A DNA stretch of 59,949 nucleotides, filler included, from Sphacelaria rigidula (taxonomy: Eukaryota), in NCBI GenBank assembly GCA_964200075.2. It is 7 parts of 7 records of this genome, joined end to end, with 100 filler letters (N's around TTAATTAATTAA, not from the genome) between each part and the next. Parts side by side here need not be neighbours in the genome. Positions count along the whole stretch, not along the records: positions 17,160 to 25,638 come from CAXNAA020011010.1; positions 25,739 to 34,216 come from CAXNAA020011011.1; positions 34,317 to 42,794 come from CAXNAA020011012.1; 4 more parts are not named here. The stretch is one strand, 5' to 3'. The position numbers and the translations under genes were made by a program. The notes beneath the pieces are model-generated. The model was not told where the DNA came from and made no database searches. It saw only the letters and a list, made by a program, of their open reading frames with translations. Numbering within the stretch: the stretch's first letter is position 1; every line of letters starts with the position of its first letter. This document shows positions 23,851 to 35,700 of this stretch, one piece after another.

Positions 23851-25738
23851 CGTCATATTATCCAGACTTCTCGCCGCTGTCAAGGCATACGCACGTCCGT
23901 ATGCCGTCGTGAAACTGGTGGATAATGAACATCATCTTGGCGGGGGTGCCGTTTCGGTAAACATCGTTACTTTTCACGGCAAACAGGCTCGGAAACAAGA
24001 ATGAAACTCTGAATCTTTTCAAGTTTTCCCCTATCGGATTCGCGGGTTATTACGGCCTGAAAGTTCACGCATATACCGAAACTAAAAATACTAAGAAGGA
24101 TGATACTTTTTTTACTTTGCCATCGAGACATGGATGATCAGTGAGGATGTAAAAATGCTTGGAGTTTGGTACATTGTCAAGTAGCGAGTTCAGAGTAGGC
24201 GAAAAAATGAGTCGTCACGACGTTTGTAGTTGAGATAGACGCACGTGTATGGGATATCAGAAACCATATTATTCGTAGTACACAGCGAGAAAGAGTCAGG
24301 GGAAAAGTCATTTGTGTGCATATAAGGGTTTGATGTTGAAACGGACACGGGCGGGGTGCATTGTGTCCAAATTTCTTGTTTCTTCCTGACGAAGAGGAAA
24401 CCCGCATTGCAAATCCGGCTAGGGCGTTGTGTTGGTCTTGTCTTCGGCCGAACAGATGTGTACCAACTTCTATGTATGGCTTGCTACTCCTTCATCTCGA
24501 GGAAAGCTCTTCACCAGGTGACACCTACCCTCTCAGCTTGTTGCTACTGTAGGACCAGTTGCAGTATCTTGAAATCCTTGGTGTCACGGGTTAAGGAGCA
24601 GGTGAGAATAGTATGAGCCTTGCCCTTTTTTATACAGTCAGTATTTGATGCAAAGTCCAACAAGTCGCTCTCGGCATCTGTCTGTCAAAAGGTAACCGCC
24701 AGCCACAGAAGAAACAGTCGAATCCCCACTACGATCAGATGCGAAACATGGCCTACTAGAGTAGACGTCCCTATTTCGGAACAGTACCAATTAAGGAACT
24801 CTTTTTGCTAATCGTCCATGACTCCGCGAAATATTGTGTTTTTTCCATTCTGTTTTTTTCTGCGTGTGCACAAGAGCACGACGCTTCTTTTGAGCTACTG
24901 CACGTGTCTCTTGTGTAAAAAAACACCATCCCAGAGCACTGTGAATAAGGGCGTGTGTGTCTTTCTTCAAAATCAGCTTTTTGGTCGATCGGTTGCTAAG
25001 CATGCAGAGAGTAAAGGTGGACCCAGAACGGGCAACAGAGGCCGTAGAAGCGGTACGCAGTAATTGACTATGCTCACGCTCTGCCATGAACAACGTTGAT
25101 GTAAGATACAATGCGGTACAAAGAGCATGCACCATGTTGCAATTATGGAGAATTAGGTAACGAATCAGAGGAATGATGTACAATGACGTAGATCATGCGA
25201 GTACAGTCAAGTGTGCATTCCGTCCAACTGCCAACACATCCCCTACTTCGATCAGTCCATCTTGGTCTATCTTGGCTCGGTTGCCAACTGCCTGTCTTGC
25301 TCTGGGGGTTAACATAAGTGTGTGTGGTGAGTTTGTGCGCGTGTGATATTGAGTGAGGGATATTGAGCGTGTGTTATTGTGTGACTGAGGGTGATTGGAG
25401 TGTGGGAGAGTAAACAGGGTGAAGTGAAGAGATACTCGAAACGTATTCTAGTGTGGAGATCGCCATTTGGGCATGTGCGGAGAGATTTCCTTTTATGACG
25501 TGTAACCTAGTAACGGCTGTTTCAGGGGTAAGTTCGCAGGAGCCCCGAAACTTCCATATCTGTACAGCCGGATCTGGGACCCCAAGGTAACAGGGATCTT
25601 CCCAGCGAACTGCTGGCTATCCCTGGGGATCACTCTTGNNNNNNNNNNNNNNNNNNNNNNNNNNNNNNNNNNNNNNNNNNNNTTAATTAATTAANNNNNN
25701 NNNNNNNNNNNNNNNNNNNNNNNNNNNNNNNNNNNNNN

Positions 25739-25827
25739 CACGCTCCGTCTCGAAAGGGATGCCTCGTTAATGGTAAAATGACTATGATAAGGCAAGCGAC
25801 AAATGAGTACGCCCCCCCCCCCCCCCC
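25739..25827 (+). mobile_element. C-tailed LINE 3' fragment followed by C16
   Basis: ...GCAAGCGACAAATGAGTACG followed by 16 C (25812-25827). Confidence 0.88.
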
Positions 25828-26405
25828 ATCGTAGCTTAACTCCATTGTTATTTGATCATCACGACAATCAATTGTGATGGTAATCATTGTTGTCGTAGTC
25901 ATAAATCATACTCATCATAATTACCAACAGTTGTTTCTCTTCTCTGTAGTGTACCAGTATTTTTCATCATTATACTCCATACAGATTAATCACATTTACC
26001 ACTATTATTATTACGTTCATCATCGCAAATCGAAGATCAAAACATCCATGGAAAGTAATGAATCGCCTGAGACAACATTTCGCAGTCAGAGTCAATGTAT
26101 ACATGATGCACACCAACAAACTGTCAACAGAAAAGCGGTGCCGAATATGTACCCAGCCTCACAGTGACCCCAAGGCATAGAGACCTTGGCGTGTACTTGA
26201 ACAGAAAACATCACGGGCCACTGCATTGTGCGGGTTTGTTCTTCAGTTGTACTGAGTCTATCTGTGTCGCCATGTAGGCCCTACCGTTTGTACAGCATCC
26301 GTCCGCGGGACAAAGGTTTGCGGTGTTGTGTTCGGAAAACGTGGGGAGAAGGAAAAAAAGAAGGGAAATACACTTGACAAAAAAAAAATGGAAAACAAAC
26401 CTTAC

Positions 26406-26588
26406 CGCAGCGAGTTGACGTTGCTCAGCGTTAAGGTTCTTTCCCGATGGAGCGTGAATAAGTCCCGGAGTGTCAATGAGGATCATGTTCGGACAAAAGC
26501 GGTACTCGACTCGAATGTTGATCTCGCGGGAGTCAAACGATCGGACGGGGTCGTTCTCAAGTCGTCGGTTCTCAGATTCGATGTACGC
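26406..26588 (-). CDS. ARC5: DRP5B/ARC5 dynamin, exon 4 (AYIESEN...LIDTPGLI...QLAA)
   Basis: CCAG acceptor, GTAAG donor, 61 codons, G3 motif DTPG. The gene continues off the contig. Confidence 0.93.
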
Positions 26589-27267
26589 CTGGGAAAGAAA
26601 CACATGAAAACAGCAAAACACGAAAAACATCACAACAAATTATGTGAGTGCAGCTGCAGCATCCGGGGTTCATTCATCATACATCAGTGTCAAACCACGG
26701 TCCACCCACACATACATGGCGTCGGAATCCTGCTCCTCTCGGGTGGATCCAATATCAGGATATACATCCTCACAGGGAAAGAGATGGGTCGAACCCTCAA
26801 GACCACGGACTCGTTCCGAGGAAGGAAAGGGGTTGGAAGGGTCACTGCGAAAAGAAAAAACGCGCCCCGATGGTCCGGTTGGTAACGGGGGTTTGATTCT
26901 TATGTCGAATGTTTTATATTTGATTTTTATTTTCGTTTCCATAATGTTTTTCAACAAAAAAGCATCTGATTTACATCGTCCACGGGTTAGAGAGATAAAC
27001 CTATGTGTGGAAAGGAATAAAAATAACAACAATAACACGTACGTACGTGAGTAGCAATCAGAAAACTATCTTTGACACGAGTCGAAGCAGTGCGGTCTGA
27101 GAGGGCTGGTCATGATCCAATCCGCGAGACCAAAATGCAAGACGTGTACGGGAAAAGAGAGAAAAATGGGTTAATTTCACGTGACCACGGACTCATCCCA
27201 AGGAAAGGGGAACGGATAAAAAAAGTGGAACGAGAAAAAAAAAAAGTTACACACCACAAGTACACAC

Positions 27268-27399
27268 CTGTATTTCTTGCAACGAACGCGCTTCCTCCTT
27301 CCCATCCTCCAACGTCAAGTAGCAGCGGGGCTGATCACACTCCGGGTTGTACTGCATACGAAGGGCAATCGGTCGACGCGTCTTGGTGCCTCCCCCAAC
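27268..27399 (-). CDS. ARC5: DRP5B/ARC5 dynamin, exon 3 (VGGGTKTRRPIALRMQYNPECDQPRCY...QEIQ)
   Basis: TAG acceptor, GTGTGT donor, 44 codons, G2 motif GGGTKTRRP diagnostic of ARC5. Not in the ORF track. Confidence 0.93.
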
Positions 27400-27603
27400 C
27401 TAATGATGAATAAACGGCAAGTATAAAAAGACAGAAGAAGAGCATCAGCGAACGGGAATGACAGAAACGGCGACGACGATAACGACGACAACGACAACAA
27501 CAACAACAAGGACATTTTTTACGAGAGGTGAGAGTTCTGGCAACAACAAAAAATGAGACAAAAAAGAAACGAAAAACAAAATCAAACAAGAAAAGACGGC
27601 GGG

Positions 27604-27751
27604 CGTACTCGTGTGTTGCTCGCCTTCATCACTTGACCATATTGACAAGGCACCCCTTCGAGACGAAAGGGGGGGCGTACTCATTTGTTGCTTGCCTTAG
27701 TCGTTTCACCACTGACCACGCATCTCTTTCGAGACGGGTCGGGGGGGGGGG
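27604..27751 (-). mobile_element. Two tandem C-tailed LINE 3' fragments in DRP5B intron 2
   Basis: Units at 27604-27665 and 27676-27737, separated and followed by G tracts. Confidence 0.85.
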
Positions 27752-27769
27752 AGTAACCAAGTATCGCAC

Positions 27770-27874
27770 CTGGTTGAATTGAAATCCCATCAATGCCTCG
27801 ATCAAAGCCGACTTGCCGCTAGTCTGGTGTCCCACCACCAACACCGCAGGAGAGTCGAAGGGCTTGTGAAAGTC
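27770..27874 (-). CDS. ARC5: DRP5B/ARC5 dynamin, exon 2 (DFHKPFDSPAVLVVGHQTSGKSALIEALMGFQFNQ)
   Basis: ACAG acceptor, GTGCG donor, 35 codons, P-loop GHQTSGKS. Confidence 0.95.
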
Positions 27875-30563
27875 CTGTTTTTATCATGAGACATCCATGC
27901 CAAAACCGAATCAAACGGCAACGACAACGACAACGAAACATACGCAGACAACAACCGAGCGCGCAGAGCAGAGTCGAGCAGAAAACATATTTGTAACACT
28001 GTCTGTTCAAGAGATATTTTTGAAACGCGAGCTAGATTTGTCAAATTAAGCCGCCTGTTTTTTTTTTGCAACCGTTTGAATCGCCATCTCTCCAATGTTC
28101 ATGTTCTTGATATCTTGATACTATTTGTATGTAAAGCGCAGGAAGAACGATTCGATTGTTTGATCGGTACACAATCACCACCATACGACGCACGGACTGG
28201 CTCAAATGACGACACTACTACGATAAAGTCAACAAACTGCAACGCTCCATCACTCACACCACAATTAACGCAAAAAACATGGAGTGGGGTCACCGAACAA
28301 GCCGCAAAAATACACCACCAAATAACATAACACGAATCCGGGCCTTGTGACGAGATATGGCGACCATTTCTCCCCCCTCCGCCATGCCCTCCCCTTCTTT
28401 CCCCACGATTTTGCTGTTTCTTTTTCAGCGGTCACATTATATTTTTTCCGGCGGGCACGTGATCCTTCTTATTCGGCGAGTTTTGTTTCCTCAGACGAGC
28501 ACATCATTTCCCCCCCCTCCCGCAAGCCAGCTTGACTTTTGTCATGTGTTCCCACTAGTGATCCCTTTTTTCAGCGAGAACGTTCTTCATTTTCCCCGAT
28601 ATTACAATTACAATTCCTGAAATAACTAATCGAAGAGAACTCTCAGACCTGTTGTCCAAAGACACAGAATTCGTGACGGCGGGGTCCGTGAAGCCAGAGC
28701 GCTACATTTGCGCTAATCCGCGTACTCTGCGTCAAGCGCTGCGAGGGAGCAAATATGGAAAAAATGCTCAAATGAGCTAGCTTATGATCCACATCTGATG
28801 TGTACATTTGTACACCGGTAGGAGGTGATACTCAGGTAGCTCATGAGCTGTTCGACGCGCGAATCCCTTCTGCAACGTAAGGCCCTTTTGGGTCAAATGA
28901 TGCATGCGATCATTAAACTAAATATATCACATTCTCACGACAAGAAGTTTACTTTCATAGCTGTCATTTTTTCCGGGATGGATAATCGAAGATCTCGTCA
29001 TCTCAGGTCTCGGTTGGCCCAGTTTCACCTTTTGACAGAACACGCGATTTTCAACTATACCGAAAAATTATAGCTGCTGCGAAATCGACATGTGTGTTTT
29101 TCGCAAAATTCGAAGTTTTTTTCCCCCATGTATTAAAATTTAAGGATATGACTAGTAGTTTGATAGATCGCTTGTCCGGCCAAAAGTCAGGCTAGGCGTA
29201 CGGAAGATCCGGACAGCGTCCCACAATGCTCTCTGAGAGCACAGCAAATCTTCAAATCTCCCCGAGGTTGAATGACACGCTGGAGTTCATACTTCTGCGA
29301 AAATTGGTGCGCGATCACTCAAATGGCCTCTCTCTTTCTGCATTTTTTTGTTATATTGGTTCCGTTTTCCCCATGAATGAGAAGCGAAAATATTTTCAGA
29401 GGGGAAGATCGATTTTATAACCCTATTTTATGACGCTTTGAATACACTGTTTTTGAACTTTTAAACTGTCGTTACCGCGACGGCTAGTGTCCTTGCAGAT
29501 CATTATTAGACCAAACGTGGCGCCTGATACAAATTCCTACTACCCCCAGTTAGAGTCACAGTGCTGTTTGCCCTGTGAAAGCCAGCGTGCCTGCTGCTCG
29601 ATCGACGATGCTTGCTCGTGGTATCGACGTCTTTACTGCATACATGCAGTAGGCAGTAGGTGCTGTCTCTCGAGCAAAAACAACTATATTCCGAACCACC
29701 CGCCCAAAGCCGGTCGCTGAAAATATCATAGTTGAATGGGCCCACGATAGTGATGTTTGTTCCAGTCTAGACGATCATGTTCGGGGGTCGAGGGGTCGGG
29801 GGGGGCGAAAGAGGCTTACAGCAACAGGTGCTCGCTTTCCCAGCTTGGGCCGCACGCGCTTCGACTTGGATCATAGACCCGACTCAAGTATATGGTGGGA
29901 CGATGGTCAACGAGGGGCCCGGAAGGGTAGAAGGTAAAAGAGCTGACCACAAGAATACGCCCTCTCTTAGTGTTGGCCCCATAAAGCACAGTACAACAGT
30001 ACTGCCTGTAGTACAATAATACAGATGCGCCATCACATGTTTGATATGCACTCAAATAGCTGGGTGCGGGGGAAAGAATGCATCAGATGATCCTCCCCGC
30101 ACCGGAGAACACAAGACAAAGAAGACGCGCCATGGCAGGATAAAGGCGGGTCCGAGGTTCGGGTGTGTGGTCAACGATAGCGGGGCAAACAGCAAATTCC
30201 CCGCAAGCCCCTGCTCAGCTGAGAAACGCATGCACCATCGCAACCATGCTCACACACGTGTCCGCCTGTGAGATGAAGGAGAAAAATGTGTCCAAAAACT
30301 ACATGACAAAAATTTTGACGTCACGGACAGGCTATGATAACATAGTGTCTGCTGTTGTGCACAAACGCCGCAATGGTGAAGGGGATTTTGCGGAAAGTTT
30401 ACAAGTTGGCCGGCCTTTTTCCTCCTTGGAGGAGGACAATTCAGGGTGCTGCACTGCACGCAGGGTTCGAAGATCATGCAACATCGATGGTGTGAAGGAT
30501 GTAAGATGACAGCCGTGTATGCTGTTGTGTGCTTGTCGGAGGTCATCCCCAGTACGAACGTGG

Positions 30564-30620
30564 TTTTAGTCGAATCCTATACTGTCTGGTCTTACCAGAC
30601 AGTATAGGATCCGACAAAAA
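30564..30620. repeat. Near-perfect hairpin (22-bp core stem, 3-nt loop)
   Basis: GTCGAATCCTATACTGTCTGGT-CTT-ACCAGACAGTATAGGATCCGAC, one mismatch in the core stem. Confidence 0.85.
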
Positions 30621-32334
30621 TCGAAAAGCGTTCACATCGGCGCTGTAAAAAAAAAGAAATCGAGTTTCAGCCGTGACGGGGAAACATGACACCACTCATC
30701 CGGGCAGAACGTGACGCGTATCCCGATGGGTTGGCTCATGGATTCACTACTGCCTGTTCTATGTAGACACAGAGACCACCAACGGACAGCTCAGGGGAGG
30801 TTTGAGAGCTGACGGCCGGATAAGAGTCGGTTGTAAACGACAATGCAAAAAACAAACGCGGCGACCAACGCCATTTTCTTCGCCACTCTATATTCGACGC
30901 CAGTCAGTGGAGACGATCAAGGGCTGGAGTACAGTCAGTACAGCAGTACCGCAGTCAGTACATATACTTCAGCTGAGGTGGATCGAACATGCGGAAACAT
31001 GACGGCAAAGTAGCGCCACTGCTGCTCTTTCTTCGTGTCTCCATCTCTCGCGCACTTCACAAAGTTTGCAATCGATGGAAGCAAAAGAAAACACACCAAC
31101 ATGATCCAACAACAGTCAGTATAAATGCATGGAATCATGAGATCAAAGAGATGCACATGAACCCGTGAAGTACAACAGTATAATAATAGTCAAGGCAGGT
31201 GAACGGCTTGGCTTTGTTCGAGTGATGACGAAAGACTCCAACAAGAGGAATTTTTGTCTGTATGTAGCGCGGTGATTCATGTTTTACCATGTACGTGCAC
31301 GAAGATGGTGTGCCATAGCAAGTACATGCGCAACATGCAGTTATCTTGCACAGCGGTCTTCGTAAAAACTCAGACAGAAGCTGCTCACTTTTTCAAGACG
31401 AAATGGGATTTGTTATCTTGGTTATTGTGCCGCCGCAATGCCAAGCCCCCCGACCGCACACCTCTGTAACTTGTTTTTCACCGTCTTCCGCTTGTACCTC
31501 TGCCTGTTTACAGTCAGTGTGCGTCTCATCTCAACATACCAACACCCATCGTTTGGTGAAAGCATCACACCTCGTACCCCCACCCCCCGCATCCTAGCTC
31601 GCAGCGCAAGTTCCGCGCTAGTGACTCAACAAACAGAATACTATCTCAGACGTGCAACATCTCTCCTCCGCAGCAGTTCGTGTGATTGAAGCGTAAGATA
31701 TGGATAGGGATGAGGTGCGTTACTTGGTAACGATGTTCTTTCTCGCCTGTCCCCCTCGTCTGCCCTGTCTCATACGCTCGGAGTATACATATTTTTGTAG
31801 AAGAAATCCAAAAACCGTCGTCAAAAACTTCAAAACAACCAAAGATACAAAAAAACTCCACCAGCAACCGGGAGAGGCCATGCACGGATAGATGGCGGTT
31901 GCGAGGTTGCACCAAATCCTCGACATCTCAATTATAACACGATGCCAACCGTCTGTGCACATGAATGCAAAATCCTGCGAAGTAATCGCAATCATGAACA
32001 TTGTGTGCACATCCTCTCGGATGAGGGGGCAGGGAGCGGGGAAGGCACACGGTTCCCACACAAGTTCAAAACAACTCAAACAGAAGTGCCAAAAAATGCA
32101 CACGATTTGACCCTCGAAAATCGAACCCATGAACGCTAGAACACATCAATGTCCAGAAACACAGGGCATGTTCACAAATAAATTGTGACATGATACGATC
32201 CTTATATTAATGACCACAGTGGGTGCTCCCTCACCGCCGGTTCGGGCTCTTTCTGTAGAGTCAACGGCCGAGTCTCTCCCAACCCACCACTCCAACACTC
32301 TTTCCCCCCAACGCCCGACACCCCTGCACCTCAC

Positions 32335-32790
32335 CTGAGCGAGTGTGTGCAGCATGTTGTAGGCCTCGTATAGCGTCTCCCTTTGCTCATCCTTGCTGTT
32401 CTTGCTTACTGAGCCCCCACCCCTAAGTTGCGCAACCCTTTCCAATAATGTCTCACGGTCCACCCGCCGGGGATTTTCAAAATAACGTCCTGACCTCTGC
32501 TCCCTTCCGGTCCTCCCCACAGCAGCAGTGCCCAACCCAGCAACGCCCTGCTTTGGTCCCCATGCGGACGTCCACCGTGCACTGTCTACATGGTGCACAG
32601 CGGATGCGAGTGAAAATGCGGTAGAAGTTACGAAAGCCCACAATCCGATTCGGCATCTCGGGCGCCTACGAAGCACGGGTGCCCTGTCTCCAACGCATCC
32701 AACATCCCCTCGTTGCATACCGAAACCTTCGCGTTCACGGTGGGAGCATCGTGCCATCGCCATATCGAATACTCCCAAGTGATTCTCCAT
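32335..32790 (-). CDS. ARC5: DRP5B/ARC5 dynamin, exon 1 with N-terminal presequence (start codon uncertain)
   Basis: Ends LYEAYNMLHTLAQ|GTGAG, matching the ARC5 N-terminal LYEAYNxLHxLAQ. Hydrophobic stretch IGLWAFVTSTAFSLASA and an LRGG motif. Several in-frame ATGs. Confidence 0.88.
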
Positions 32791-35700
32791 GTTGAGCAAC
32801 CACCATTAACCACGGACACGGCCAAGTGTTACCAGATAGTTCTTCCCCTATTGTTACCCTACCCTGAGCGTAATGCAAATGCACGACTCCCTGGGTTATG
32901 CTACACAATGACCTCCTGTCTGGGACAGAAGCGTATGTGATGGCGCGTAAAAAAACAGGGGGCAGCCTTCACGTACCGGCACGTGGAATCAGGCCTAATT
33001 TTAAGAGCGATGGAAAATGGCACAAGTAGTATCAAAATACTCGATTTTAGTATTTGGAAGATGTGACTTTAGACAGGCGGATTGCTGACCCATGACCGTG
33101 AGATTTTATGAGATAGTCTTGTGTAATTTATTATAGACATTTTCTCTGCAGCGATTTGCAGCGATTTCTTTGTTGCGGATCTCCGTTTTCTTTGTCTTCC
33201 AGTTACAGTGTGGCAGTGTTCTTCCGATGTCAAATATCTTCGTCTATTATTCCTGTTGATCGATTAATGACTGCTTGTTACGATCTGCCTTTCTGTTCTG
33301 TGTAGCGGTGCCCGCATCTTCCCCAGCATTAATTAAGCAAGATGATCGGGGAGCCTTTCTTCTTTGCATCGATCAATTTTTTTACTTTGTTTGGAGTTCA
33401 CACCCCGAACTTTTTTCACCAAAAGGGGGTACTGTACTAAACCCCCCACCCCCCCAAAAATGTCGATGGTGATGGCTACGGGGAGGTATCTTACTTAATC
33501 ACAAGAAGCGTCATTGTGTTGTTCGCTACCCGAAAAAATATATTGTAGATGATAGATGAGTGTAGGAGCAGTCAAGCTCCCCCTTCTCTCTCAAGCTTGC
33601 GTGTTACGTTGTCAATACAGCGAAGTACGCTCCACTAGAAGAACGCACTACAGGTTAGTCGCAGTTGAGTCAGGCAGCAAACTACGCTGTTGATCGTTTT
33701 CTGATTTCTGGATCGCGATCGCCACAGCAAGCGCGTCATGATTGCGCGTTACTTTCCCGTTATTTTTGTGTTGGTCTGTATTCGTAGCTGTCTCGTCTTT
33801 TTTCCCTTTATTTTTGCCATACATACCCTACAATTCGCCTACTACGTGGCTTTCCCGAAACAGATAAAAAGGAGGAGTACCTTGGGAGTACTTGAAAATT
33901 AAATACAAAGTAGGCCGATGGACACAGATGAGCGTACCCGCCCGACAAGTAAACAGGATATTCCTCGTAGTATACCTACTGTGGAAGTACCAGACAGGAA
34001 GGAAGTGCACCCCGCGCACGTCGCCCGAGGGGTACACCACCAATCAAGCGGGCGTCCGCCCTGCGATCATCAGTATGATTTTACCAAGTAAGTGCGGTGT
34101 TTAAATATCTTGTGGAAAAACCGCAGAGGATTCACGAAGCACATGAAACAACAAATTGTGAGAATTGAGGTTTAACTTCGAGATGAGGCTCAAGCCTAAA
34201 ACAGTGCTTTCCCCACNNNNNNNNNNNNNNNNNNNNNNNNNNNNNNNNNNNNNNNNNNNNTTAATTAATTAANNNNNNNNNNNNNNNNNNNNNNNNNNNN
34301 NNNNNNNNNNNNNNNNCCCGAAGGGGGGTCCGTGTCCAAGCCCACACACCAAAGAAAAAAAAACATTCAGCCCCCCCCCCCCCCCCCCCTATCGTAGGAT
34401 GACTCCTTCGCACTACTTCCAGCCCCGGTTGATTCCGGTTGATTGAAGTGTCTGTGCTTTACATTTCGGCGGGGTGTACTACGATTACGGCTTGCTGCCG
34501 TGTGTTGGATTGTCCGAACACACAAGCAGCAGACGATTCAATTTGCCGGGGCCTTGCGCCGGTTTCTGCATTGATTGTGTAGCTGATATATGAAGCCTGG
34601 GTCTTAACGCGGGGGTCGCGGCGGATAGGCGACATGCCACAACTCCATCTTTGTAGGCAGCTGAGCGGCAGGGACGGTTCGGCGCCACATAGTGATGGTG
34701 ACAGTTGTAAAGATCGCGTCACGGCCCTTGCCTTTATCATTGCGCTGCCCCTTTGCAGGTCTATCGGCATGGGCACGCGCGGCGGGGATATCGGGGCGAT
34801 AGACGACCTCTCGCACGACGGCCAGCGAGACGCACCTGGGACACCGGTGAAATTCACGGAGTTCGTATCATGCCAGGATTAATCTCCGTGTTTTAGTCTC
34901 CGTCTCATGGTATGCTATGCGCAGTGGTGAAGATATTGGTAGCTGATCCTCACCACAGTAGAAGCCCGTGTGTTTGCAATTTACATTGCCAAGCGCTTTG
35001 ATTGTCCGTCGGCGGATGGACACATGCTGTGTAATTAGGGTCTCGGTAGTATCAGGCCAGGTTTTTGTCTCGGGTGGTGTTCGCAGAGATACGGTCACGC
35101 AGGAAAATCCCCCGTATGCAAAGTCAACATAGCATAGGCCTCTGAGGTCGTGTCCACCGGGCGCTCGTTTATCATCGCCCCACCGCCGTCGCCACCCCCC
35201 CCTCGATTACTTCATCGCCTGCGCCATCACCGCGTGCAGGACGTGTCGCCCGGAAGCCTAGCTGACATCCGTGAGATGGCAGGGGGAAATCCCGCGGCAG
35301 AATCCGTCGAACGGTCAGGTGGGCGCCGATGCTGCTGATGCTGTAATATGGCTCCCCTTTGGCCCCGTAAACGCGCTGAAGGTTTCGCTTCATGTGAAGT
35401 TTTTGGGCTCAAATAAGCCTTCCCTTTTAAACCTTCAACGAGCTTGAAATTTGTGCAATGCTTATTATGTGCTCGAAATGCGCACAGATTTGCGATAATT
35501 TGTTATTCGCCTCCAGCAGCCATTTTATCAGCGGCGTGGACGTGCCTCTCATGGCCTGTGGCGTGATTCGCGACTGGTCAATAGACACGTTTCAATACTC
35601 CAAACCGCCATGGTTGTGGGTGTCACCCGACAAACGCTTCTGTAAATATTTCATGTATAGTATACTATGTTGAGTCGATAATTGTTATCAATATTTTGTA

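Noticed and set aside
24383-24402. Hammerhead ribozyme core (CTGACGA...GAAAC); a similar motif is at ~59553
   Set aside because: There is no room for stem II and I found no convincing flanking stems I and III.
24360-25638. Possible LTR/gag remnant; similar LTR-like stretch at ~39125-39690
   Set aside because: No paired LTR, PBS or protein motif could be confirmed.
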